The notes beneath the pieces are model-generated. The model was not told the origin of the DNA. It saw only the letters and a program-made list of their open reading frames with translations, and searched no databases. From the NCBI RefSeq assembly GCF_964194025.1, contig NC_134476.1, forward strand, positions 19,034,001 through 19,098,000: DNA of 64,000 nucleotides, written 5' to 3'. A program made the translations under genes and the position numbers. Positions 24,801 to 37,200 of this stretch are shown here, in pieces; position 1 is the first letter of the stretch, and each line of letters starts with the position of its first letter. Source of the stretch: Convolutriloba macropyga. Lineage: Eukaryota.

Positions 24801-27800
24801 ATGGTTTAAAAATTACGGTATAAAATTATTTAGAAGAAAAATTAATTGAGGTATATCATTTAACAAAAGATTTCAAAGCAAACAAAGATGACTATCATCA
24901 AAATATGATGTTTCAATATAAAGTCATCATTATAAGACGCAGTTTAAACTCGAAATTAAAATCACGGTAGAAAACAAGTAGAGAAAGTGACAAAAAACGA
25001 TGGTAATTTAAAGGACTAAGAGTAACAATTGGGTAGGCTAGATAAAGTAGCTATTAAACCTGCACAACATTGCGACAACAATTTTTCACTCTCAGCAAAA
25101 TTGCACTGAAAATAACATTCCTTGTTTTCTAATTTTGAACGACTACTTGGGTATACAACCACTTCCAAGACACAGATTTCAACGATATAGTTGAGCTAAT
25201 TGTTTTGCATCAAAGAATGAACTACATTTATTAGCTTCAGAAGGATCCAATAAATAGAACAAAATTTGATACAATTTATATTAGAAGATTAAGATAAACC
25301 CATGAGAGATTTTGATTTTTCGTCCAAGACAAAATTCCAGTAAAACAGACTCGGGTATAAAACATAATCGATGTTTCAACTCAAACGCAGGTGGCTTTCC
25401 GAAATATATTATGTCGTGATAGAGCAAAAATTTTAAGAAGCAGAAATGATGTTTCAGGAATTTTCAGTGAAATTATTTTCCGTAACAAGTTGCGTCATCA
25501 GAGTAGACTAATCAAATCATGCCATTTTAATTTCAATCTACAAGAATGTTACGGATTAAAGAACAAGGCATAATACTATGTACAGGAAAAATTTACTGAA
25601 GTATATACTTATAACAATATTTCAATGCAAACACAGATGACTATTTGCACTATATCTGCAATATACGATGTTTCAATCTAAAGTACACGTTATATGAAGC
25701 AAACTAAGTTCGAATTTAAAATCACGTAGAAAAAAATAAGAACCAGACAAAGAGACAAGAAACAGATGGTAACTTAATGGACTAAGAATAACAAGTGGAT
25801 AGGCTAGTTGAAGTAACTAATAAAACTGCACATAAGCCTGACAACAATTTTTCACGTTTAGCATAATTGAACTGAAAACAGGAGTCCTTTTTTTCTTAAT
25901 TTGAACAACTACTTGGGGATACAACCACTTCAAGAAATATTTCAATGGGAAATAGTTGATGAGCTAATTTTTTTAATCAAAGCATTAGATTCAGAGAGAA
26001 CCCATGAATAGAACAAAATTAAATTCAATATATAGTGAATGATTAGGAAACCAATGGGAGATGATTTTTTCGTTAAAACAGCCAGTCGTTCAAAACAATG
26101 AGGATTTCAGTGCCAAAGCATCAAATCTAGAAGAAAAAGGGTCTTAGAAAAAATTGCCGGAAAAGAGCCGTGATTGATACTCATAAATCCGATTGCGACT
26201 AAAGGAACGTAACCAAAACGAATAAGCTGATTGATTTAAAACTGTTTATAAGTGCAAACTATTATGATTTCATTTTGATAAACATATCCCTGTTAGCTAA
26301 TCAAAACACACAGCGATAGAATCAATACCCATGAGCATTGGACATGGTAACTCAGATTTATAAAAACAAACTTTAAGTAGAGGGTATGTAAAATTGGGCT
26401 TTAAGGTTTTAACCGGTTTCTATTTTGGATTTCGTTTTTCGATAAAAATTAAGTTCATTTTAGGTTCCTTGTCTGAGAGACTACAATTTGACCAGAATGC
26501 GCGAAGAATGAAACAAGTCTAGAGAAGTCAAATGATTTCACGCGAATTGTTGAAAAAAGAGGCAAAAACATTCAAATCAAACGAAGATGGCTTTTCGTAA
26601 TTCGTCAAGACCAAAAATTTTAAGAAGCAGAAACAATGTTTGAGGAATTTTCAGTAAAAACTACTTTCCGTAACAAGATGCGTCATTAGAGTAGACTAAT
26701 CAAATCATGCCAATTTTAATTTCAATCTACAGGAAAGTCATAGTTTAAAAATTACGGTATAAAACTATGTAGAACAAATATTAATTGAAGTACATCTTTT
26801 CACAAAACATTTCAAAGCAAACACAGATGACTATCATCAATATATGATGTTTAAATATAAAGCACAGTTTATACTGGAAATTAAAATCAGGGTAGAAAAC
26901 AAGTACAGAGAAAGTGACAACAAACGATGATAATTTAAAGAACTAAGAGTAACAATTGGGTAGGCTCGATAAATTAGCTATTAAACCTGCACAATTTTTC
27001 ACTCTCAGCAGAATTGCACTGAAAATAACATTCCTTGTTTGCTTATATTGAAGGACCACTTGGGTATACAACCACTTCCAAGAAACAGATTTCAATGATA
27101 TAGGTGATGAGCTAATTGTTTTGCATCAAAGAATGAACTACATTTATTAGCTTCAGAACGATCCAACAAATAGAACAAAATTTGATACAATTTATAGTAG
27201 AAGATTAGGAGAAACCCATGGGAGATTTTGACTTTTTTCATCCAAGACAAAATCCCAGTAAAACAGACTCGGGTATAAAACCTAATCAATGCTTCAACTC
27301 AAACGCAGACGGCTTTCCGAAATATATTTGGTCGTGATAAAGCAAAATTTTTAAGAATCAGAAATGATGTTTCAGGAATTTTCAGTGAAATTATTTTCCG
27401 TAACAAGTTGCGTCATCAGAGTAGACTAATCAAATCATGCCATTTTAATTTCAATCTACAAGAATGTTAAGGTTCAAAGAATACGGAAAAATACAACGTA
27501 CAGGAAAAATTTACTGAAGTAATGATTAAAACAAAATTTCAATGCAAACACAGATGACTATCTGCACTATATCTGCAATATACGATGTTTCAATCTAAAG
27601 TACACATTATATGAACACTAAGTTCAAAATTGAAATCACGGTAGAAAAAATAAGTACCAGACAAAGAGACAAGAAACAGATGGTAACTTAAAGGACTAAG
27701 AATAACAATTGGATAGGCTAGTTGAAGTAACTAATAAAACTGCACATGAGCATGACAACAATTTTTCACTTAGCATAATGGAACTGAAAGCAAGAGTCCT

Positions 27801-30800
27801 CGTTTTCTTATTTTGAACGACTACTTGGGGATTCAACCATCTCAAGAAATATTTCAATGGGAGATAGTTGATGAGCTAATTTTTTTAAATCACAGCATTA
27901 GCTTCAGAGAGAACCCACGAATAGAACAAAATTAAATTCAATTTATAGTAAATGATTAGGAAACCAATGAGAGATTTTGATTTTTTCGTTAAAACAGCCA
28001 GTCGTTCAAAACAATGAGGAATTCAGGGCCTAAGCATCAATTCTAGTAGAAAAAGAGTCTTAGAAAAAACTGCCGGAAAATAGCTGTCATTGATACCCAT
28101 AAATCCAATTGCGACTGAAGGAACGTAACCGAAACGAAAAAGCTGATTGATTTAAAACTGTTTACAAGTGCAAACTATTATAATTGCATTTTGTTAAACA
28201 TATCCCTGTTAGTTAATCAAAACACACAGGGATATAATCAATACCAATGAGCATTAGATATGGTAACTCAGATTCATAAAAACAAACTTTAAGTAGAGGG
28301 CATCTAAAATTGGGCTTTAAGGTTTTAACCCGTTTCTGTTTTGGATTTCGTTTTTCGATAAAAAATCAGTTCATTTTAGGTTCCTTGGCTGAGCGACTAC
28401 AATTTGAAAGCATTTTGACCTGGATAAGCGAAGAATGAAACAAGTCTAGAGAAGTCAACTGATTTCACGCAAATTGTCGAAAAAATGAGGCAAAAACATT
28501 CAAATCAAACGCAGACGGCTTTCCGAAATAATTCATCGTGAGCAAAAATTTTAAGAAGCAGAAACAATGATTGAAGAATTTTCAGTAAAAACTACTTTCC
28601 GTAACAAGATGCGTCATTAGAGTAGACTAATCAAATCATGCCATTTTAATTTCAATCTACAGGAAAGTCATGGTTTAAAAATTACGGTATAAAACTATGT
28701 AGAAGAAAAATTAATTGAAGTATAGCTTTTAACAAAACAATTGAAAGCAAACACCGATGACTATCATCAATATATGATGTTTCAATATAAAGTTAACATT
28801 ATAAAAAGCACATATTAAACTCGAAATAAAAATCAGGGTAGAAAACACAGAGAAAGTGACAAAAAACGATGATAATTTAAAGAACTAAGAGAAACAATTG
28901 GGTAGGCTCGATCAAGTAGCTATTAAACCTGCACAACATTGCGAAAACAATTTTTCACTCTCAGCAGAATTGCACTGAAAATAACATTCGTTGATTTCTT
29001 ATATTGAAGGACTACTTGGGTATACAACCAATTCCAAGAAACGGATTTCAATGATATAGTTGATGAGCTAATTGTTTTGCATCAAAGAATGAACTACATT
29101 TATTAGCTTCAGAAGGATCCAACAAATAGAACAAAATTTGATACAATTTATGGTAGAAGATTAAGAGAAACCCATGGGAGATTTTGATTTTTTTTTTCGT
29201 CCAAGACAAAATCCCAGTAAAACAGACTCGGGTATAACTTAATCAATGTTTCAACTCAAACGCAGATGGCTTTCCGAAATATATTTCGTCGTGATAGAGC
29301 AAAATTTTTAAGAACCAGAAATGATGTTTGAGGAATTTTCAGTGAAATTATTTTCCGTAACAAGTTGCGTCATCAGAGTAGACTAATCAAATCATGCCAT
29401 TTTAATTTCAATCTGCAAGAATTTTATGGTTTAAAGAATACGGCATAATACTATGTACAGGAAAAATTTACTGAAGTATATGACTATAACAACATTTCAC
29501 TGCAAACAGATGACTATCTGCACTATATCTGCGATATACGATGTTTCCATCTAAAGTACACATTATATGAAGAACACTTTAAGTTCAAAATTGAAATCAC
29601 GGTAGAAAAAAATAAGTACCAGACAAAGAGACAAGAAACAGACGGTAACTTAAAGGACTAAGAATAACAAGTGGATAGGCTAGTTGAAGTAACTAATAAA
29701 ACAATTTTTCACTCAGCATAATTGAACTGAAAGCAAGAGTCCTTGTTTTCTTATTTTGAAAGACTACTAGGGGATACAACCACTTCAAGAAAAAGTTCAA
29801 TGCGATATAATTGATGAGCTAATTTTTTTAAATCAAAGCATTAGCTTCAGAGAGAACCCACGAATAGAACAAAACTAAATTCAATTTATAGTAAATGATT
29901 AGGAAACCAATGGGAGATTTTGATTTTTTCGTTAAAACAGCCAGTCGTTCAAAACAATGAGGAATTCAGGGCCAAAGCATCAATTCTAGTAGAAAAAGAG
30001 TCTTAGAAAAAATTGCCGTCATTGATACCCATAAATTCGATTGCGATTGAAGGAACGTAACCGAAACGAAAAAGCTGATTGATTTAAAACTGTTTACAAG
30101 TGCAAACTATTATAATTTCATTTTGTTCATATCCCTGTTAGTTAATCAAAACACACAGGGATAGAATCAATACCAATGAGCATTAGACATGGTAACTCAG
30201 ATTTATATAAAAAAAACTTTATGTAGAGGGCATCTAAATTGGGCTTTATGGTTTTAACCCGTTTCTATTTTGGATTTCGTTTTTCGATAAAAATTCAGTT
30301 CATTTTAGGTTCCTTGGCTGAGCGACTACAATTTAAAAGCATTTTGACCAGGATGAGCGAAGAATGAAACAAGTCTTAGAGAAGTCAAAATGATTTCACG
30401 CAAACTTATTGAAAAAATGAGGCAAAATGAGGTAAAGCGAAACAAATTTTTGTTCAAAAATTTTTTTAAAATAAAATAGGAGCGCAATAAGAGCCTGCTG
30501 AGATGTTGGGGCTATTAAAAATACAGCTGAAACTATTGAGATAACAAGAAAATTCGATTAAGCAGTATCTTCGGAAAATTGAAGCTGTTTAATACAAACG
30601 CAATGCCAGCTCGTTTAAATAGCACACAAAATCGGCCCCTAATCATGAAACCTGCATATCAGCAACCACTTGCGTAAATTTGCACAACAAATCAGGGTTG
30701 TTCGAAATAAAGGCTTTAGTTTGATTTCCTCTCCAGAGTAACACAGAGATGTAACAACAGGGCTTAAAATTGATAAATTATTTTTTTCCTCTTTTATTCT

Positions 30801-30950
30801 CTTTTCTTGCTCCCAACTTTCTTTCCTGAAAAGTGGTTCTTCATGAGCCGTAGGTAGCAATACTTTGATCAAAAACTTCAATTTGAAAAGTTCAACAGTA
30901 AATCGGGCATAAAATTTGAGCCAACTTAGACAAGAAACAAGGAGTAATTT
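21900..30950 (+). repeat. Complex hierarchical tandem array (~0.9 kb units on the left, ~1.93 kb higher-order units from ~24.6 to 30.4 kb)
   Basis: The marker gatgcgtcattagagtagactaatcaaat recurs at ~24740, 26680 and 28610, and its variant gttgcgtcatcagagtagac at ~25490, 27410 and 29365. ttcatttttctcgtattttattctgtttcttgctcc recurs at ~22441 and 23346, with diverged copies at ~24345 and 30780. Boundaries are approximate. Confidence 0.9.
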
Positions 30951-31207
30951 CAAAATATAATACGAGTGCTCTGTTTTACTCTTCAACGATTAATCTGTTT
31001 CCTTCCAACTAGTATGATTGAAATGAAAGCAATTAATGTCAGGTGATCAACGCGAAAATATGAGATGTATTTACCTTGTTAAAACGGATGAACCAAACCT
31101 AATGAGTCCTGCCCTAGAAGATAGCTGATAACTTATCAGTGCGAGATAAGCGTCTACAAAAATAGTTAAGTTTTCTAGAAGGAAACAGATACAGTTTAGC
31201 ATAAGTT

Positions 31208-34200
31208 TCATCTATAAGGAAATTGTCTACTTCTGGAGTCAAAGGATCTGCGATTATCGTTGGAACTGAAACCTCCGTACCGACCAACCGACTCATTCGC
31301 CCAATCACGCGCCATCACTCTCTTTGACGGGTGATCCGAATCTTCGTCCATCAATTCAACGGCACTGCGTTTTGCCGCACGTGAATCACCTCCGTATTCC
31401 AGACGCATTCGGTCCGTTTCCGACAGGATCTCATTACCACTTCCCCCGCTGGGTGGTAAAGGGGGTCGGGTATCTACAGGTAGTATCGGAGGTGGCCTTG
31501 CAACTCCCGAATCGTAAGCAGAATCAAGAGGTTTGTAAAGTTGCTGCATGTAGTCATCATTGCGTCGTGGACCAGGGGAGCCCTGTTGGGTTTTGAATCG
31601 AGATAGTGCAGAATTGTGGCTCGCGCCAGTTCCTCGGTTCCAACTGGAGGAGCTCTCATGTGACTGTCGTCTACTGTGGTCGGGATACCTGAAATACTAT
31701 CGCAAATAAGATACAACGATACAACAACATACTTGGTCCCCAATTTCTTTGCAAAAACTCATTTTTTTGTTATTCAACCAATCACTTCGAAATCTGATCT
31801 CGCGACCATTTTCACATTCCTTATGTGTCTCATCAGAAAGTGTCTTGAAATAGCCTTACCTGTCAGCGGGCGCAGATCCATTTCGGTTCCTGTCATTTGT
31901 CTCTTCTCGGAAGTAAGGAAAACTTGAGTTCTGAGCTTCATTATACAACCCTCTATCTGCGGGCCTCTGAGAGCCCGAAGATGCATTATAGTGCCCGTTC
32001 TCCCTCCTGAACGCTTTTTCCTGAGTTTGCCTGGGTGGCGACGCTGGTCGTCTATTGATTATTGCAGGTGCTGCACTGGAACCATTAGCACCCTCCGAGT
32101 CTGGAGGTCGGTTCCGAATAATGATTGCAACCAACATGTCATGTCTAGGACCAGATAAAGTAACATTGAATCCAAAATCAGAAGGAAAATCTTCACTGGC
32201 CGACAGGGACATTATGTAAATTTCTTTAATGCTTGCTGGATTTTGAGCGGTAGCCCCCAACATACGTTTAGTTTTGAGGGTATCAAAATACTCGACATAA
32301 AACTTTTTTCCGCGACTATCACCGGGAACTTCGATTTCCACGACAGCCATTCCCAACTTCCTTCTCGCGTGAATTTTCTTCAAATAATCAAAAGCCTGTG
32401 TCCTTTCAAGTTTACCCTTGGTAATGATTTGAGTGTTCATGTCTGCTCTCAGGTTTCTTACTGACCCTTGAATCGGCAGCATAGATACGCGACATTGCCT
32501 ATCGTCGGCAACCACCAGGTTTCCTTCCCAGATCACCCCAGCTGGTTCCATTGGAGGTTGAGATATAACAGGTACCAACGCTGGTGGGGGCGGTGATGGA
32601 GCTTGTGATACACGCTTTAAAGGTGGCGGAGCATCACCAGGCGATGAGCCCAAAAGACCAGAGCTACTGGGCTCTGAGTTCAGGATAGAGTCACGAGGTG
32701 GGGAAGCGTTCAGACCTAATGGTGCGGAAGGTTCAGATATCAAAGGTTCGGAGGCAGGTTGTGAATCGTCAACTTCATTCAGAAGTCCAGCACCTCCACT
32801 GACCTTTCCAGTTCCAAATAAACGATCGTCTTCAACAACCTCTTCATTCAATTCATGCAAAACTTGCACTCGATTTCGTGCTATTTCGTGTCGCGATCTT
32901 TCATACTCGTCACGTCTACTGCGTAATTGCTTGCTAACATCATCTTCGTAATCGTCAAGTTTGCACTGATAACATGTCTCGTCGTACTGCTTTCCACTAA
33001 ACTGGTGCTCTCTATGAGCTACACGTTGCGCATCCGTCACTGGGTTCAAACAGAAATAGCATACAGAGGGAGCGCACCTTTTAAGCTTGTGATTATAGTA
33101 AAGGGTTTTCTCTTGTGCTTTGATTCTAAGTTGTTCTCTTTCCTGAGCATCCAAAATTGAGCTTTCATTTCGGCGACTTCTGCAAATCCTACAATTGCCA
33201 CTATATTGATGACCCTTTCCATGTTCCGCCGTCGTATCCGCAGCCAGACTGGACAAAATATCACTGGATTGTTTGTACCTCTGAGATGGAATCGCCGTGG
33301 GAATATCAGGGAAAAGGTCGCTTTCTGGTATAAAATCAATAAACTGGCTTGTTCCCACCTTTTTGAAGTCATCTTCTGACATCAAAACCAGATGTCTGGT
33401 TGTCAGACGTCCACTAGATATCCATTCAAAAAGGGTTTTGTTAGCATCCAGGTATTGAACAACTCGATTGAAACAGTCTGTATACTTGCCCGTGATATCC
33501 TTGCCGTTATAGTGGAACAAATTTAGCTCAAAATCGTTTGTAATTCTGTTCAATTGGGTACCACTAAGTGGTTTGCCAGAGGTCATATTAACATTTGAGT
33601 TCATCTCCATCAGTTTCCGATTCATTTGTCTCTTGTGTTTACTCCTTGCATCATTCAGAACTTCAGCGGCATTTTTCTCTGGCATTTTAATTTCGTAAGT
33701 AGGGTTTTGTCTCAACCATTTGAATAGTTCTCCAATATTTGGCGCACGTCGTCCTTCCACCGAGATATTGGCCCGTTTGTCGACCAAAGTAATGACAATT
33801 TTGCTCCAATTTTCTGAGTTGCTTTGGTTTGCGCTACCCTCTCCGTTCTCAGCATTCGGAGGCTTGTAGCCGACAGCATCGTAGAATTTTTTAACGTGTC
33901 TCTTGATACAAGGCTTTGAACAAAAGTTGCTTTCACCTGAAATGAACAGTCTTTTAGCCTAGTGCAAGAAAGGAAAGGAAAGGCAAAACTGTAAAATCAG
34001 TTTTAACGTTCGAAACAGCTGGCTAAAACGTCTTACAGGAAAGACCCAAAAATGCTATATAATTCGCTAAGTACCAGAACTATTTCCGTTCACAATTCTG
34101 CATTTCTTACTATATATTTTAATTTTTTTCTTCATGGGCTCCATGGTTAACAATTAAATTCTGAAAACCTTGGCGTACTTCTGATTTATGAATTGAATTA

Positions 34201-37200
34201 ACCAGCAGCAGTAAAATCAAAAACCGATCGAAAATCTCTTTAGTAAATTGGTACCAATTTGAGAGCGCAATTAAGATAATAATTTAAATCACGCAAAGTG
34301 AAGCTATCAAGCGCAAAAAAGGCTCAATAAGTGAAATACAATAACCTGAAGAACAAAATCTATCCATTTGCATATACCCATTAACAAGAACAAAAGCTTT
34401 GACAAGTCTTTTTTTTGCCCCTAAAGATCGAAAAACTCGAAAAAAGGCAAGAAATTTTCACAATTATAGAAAAAAACAATTTGATGAAAATTGTCAAAAT
34501 TCGTGATATAAATATGTTCAAGATCAATCCTTTGTCTCTTTAATCTGTCCGGTGACCCATCATCAAGCCATTAAAAATATCACGGGCCATCAAGGAGCGC
34601 TAAACTCAACAAAAATGACACATTTTGAAAACATCTTAAAAAAATTGCACATTTTTCTTAGAGGGTTGATGTAAATTTCGTGATATCAATATCTTGAAAA
34701 CGATTTATTATCTCCTGAAACTATCCTGTAATCCATGGTAAAGCCCTTAAAAGTTTCATTAAAACCGAAAATTCGAAAAACTCAAAAAAACGACAAAATC
34801 TTCAATAAACTTTTATTGAATGGAAAAATCAAAATCATTTTGGTTGTTTAAGTTCACACAAACAAAACACAAAGCCCAAAAACAGACATTAAAAAATTAA
34901 TTAAGGCTTGCAAACAAACTTCATCAACAATAAAATACGAATCAAACAAAAATGATTTAAAAAAACGTGGAAAATTTGACCATTTAGGGCTCAAAAATTA
35001 CTAAGAACTTTCCAGTTTGAATTAGAAGTTTCCAGCAGTTTCGCCATTCTTAGCATTTCAAGTAGGATGGACAAAACCTAATAAGATCACAAAACTGACA
35101 GGGCTGACAACCAACGATAAAAAAATTAAGAAATCTTTATTAGGAATCTTCTGAGCAGTGGGAATGAATGGTCTCAAAAATTAAGAAATCGTCATAAGTA
35201 ATCTTCTAAGCATTGGGACAGCATAAGGCAAATAGCATTTTTGGAAACTGAATTGACTTGACGAATTTTAGGCTATGAGAAAACAGAGAACTTTTCGTTG
35301 AGGCGTCACAGCACTTCAAAACAAAAACTTCACTATTGGAGATAATTTTCAAATTAAATTCTTTTGCAAAAATTAACCTTATCAGAAATAAAAACAACAT
35401 TATCAAGTAAATAGATAGAGTAAATCTCGAAGGCAAAAAATCGATTAAACAAAATCTAGTCCCAAGAAAATCCACATAACTCAAATATCAGTCATAAATA
35501 CCAGTCAAAAACAATAGAAATTCCAAAAATCTTAGAGCTGCAACAGATTGTATGTATTGTTTTCCAAAACCAAGGAAAATGAAGGAAAACTATAAAATCT
35601 TTAAATATTTTAAAGAACTCATTCAGGCAGAACAAAGAAAAGTGAGGTTAATAACAAAAACTCGGCAAAGGTATTTGCGAGAAACAAAGGGATGGCAAGT
35701 ACTAGTATGTGAAGGTCATGCACACATAGTAAAAAAGCAACAAAAATGCAGCTTATATACTTTGATTACAAAAAAGTGCTCAAAGATACAGAAATATTAA
35801 CATAACCGACAACGTCGGGCGAATTGCACTCAAACGACCGGCGAGCGGTTGGCTTGGTCAGTAGCTAGCCACGGTGGGGGGGGGGGGGGTGCACCGGGGG
35901 CTGATGGGGGGCAGCACTGGGTTGGGGGGGGGGGGCAACAGCGCGGTGGGGCGGGGGGGTCAACAAGGGGGGGGTATCTCAACCTCTAAGAACCGCCCTT
36001 CACACCATAAGTATAAGTATCAGTCTCCAAAACAGTGAGCTGAAACAGACCTGAAAGGCTCTAAGAGCACTTAATGCCCGCTGGGCGCTACCTGTTTATC
36101 CCGTTTTTGAGGACGAAAAGTCAAAAGCGTCAGACGAAAAATTGGTCAAGCGAAAAATCGCTTAAAAAAGACCGACAGGACTAATATAATTGCTACACAC
36201 TTCGTTTGAGAGCAATTAAAAAGAAAATAATAGAAATCAATAAAAGACTAAGAAAGCCCTGCCCAACTTGCAGCATTATTAACTCTCAAAAAAAACTGTG
36301 GTGACAATTTCAGAGAGTTGCATATTAATGCAGCGTGGAGCAATACAATATTTCATCAACAAGTAAAAAACGAGCCTATTGGACAAAAAGACGGTCAATT
36401 ACATGCACTATTTTCACAAAAACACTTTTCAAAGTAAAAGAAATTGGTTCCACAACGCAGTTCATGAACAAGAACTTTAGCACGATCAAGCACGAATCGC
36501 TCTCGGACGACAGGCGGGGCAAATTAATTTAGAGTAGGTGTTGCTATGCAGATTTTCATGGTTACAAAAATGCGGTCCCCAGAAGGGTACAAATCCAAAA
36601 CAGTCAAGGATAACAGTATGGCATCTTAACTATTAAGCCACATCGCCTTTGCATGTTTGACGATAAATCCGGCTTTACATCAGCGACAAACGTTCTTCGG
36701 AATAAAAACAACTGATATCACAAAAAATCTGAGGTCAAGGGTGGTAAAGTCACTTGAGGGAAATTTTTTTAAACATTAGCGCAAAAACGGCCAAGCAAAA
36801 CATACGCAGCAGATTGCCGGAAAATAGCCGCCGTTGATTCCAATAAGCATGATTGGGATTGAAAGAATAGAAGATATTGAAAAAAAAAGAGTTTTGTACA
36901 AAAACATTTTTTAAGTCCGATTTATTTTGATGGCATTTCGTAGTTGAACATACTTCTGTTTCTTAGAGAGATGCTACAGGGGCTGCTATCGTAACCAATA
37001 AGCATTAGAGATGTTAACTAAGACTTAAAGGAACGACGTTCAAATAGCGGGCATCTAAAATTGGGCTATATGGGTTTATCCCGTTTCTATTCCTGACTTT
37101 CAATTTTTTATTCTGACTCTGTTCATTTTGAATTGCTTTGCTGAGCAACTGATGTTCAAATTCACTTTTAGCAGAATGAGAGAAGAGAGAAACTAGCCTA

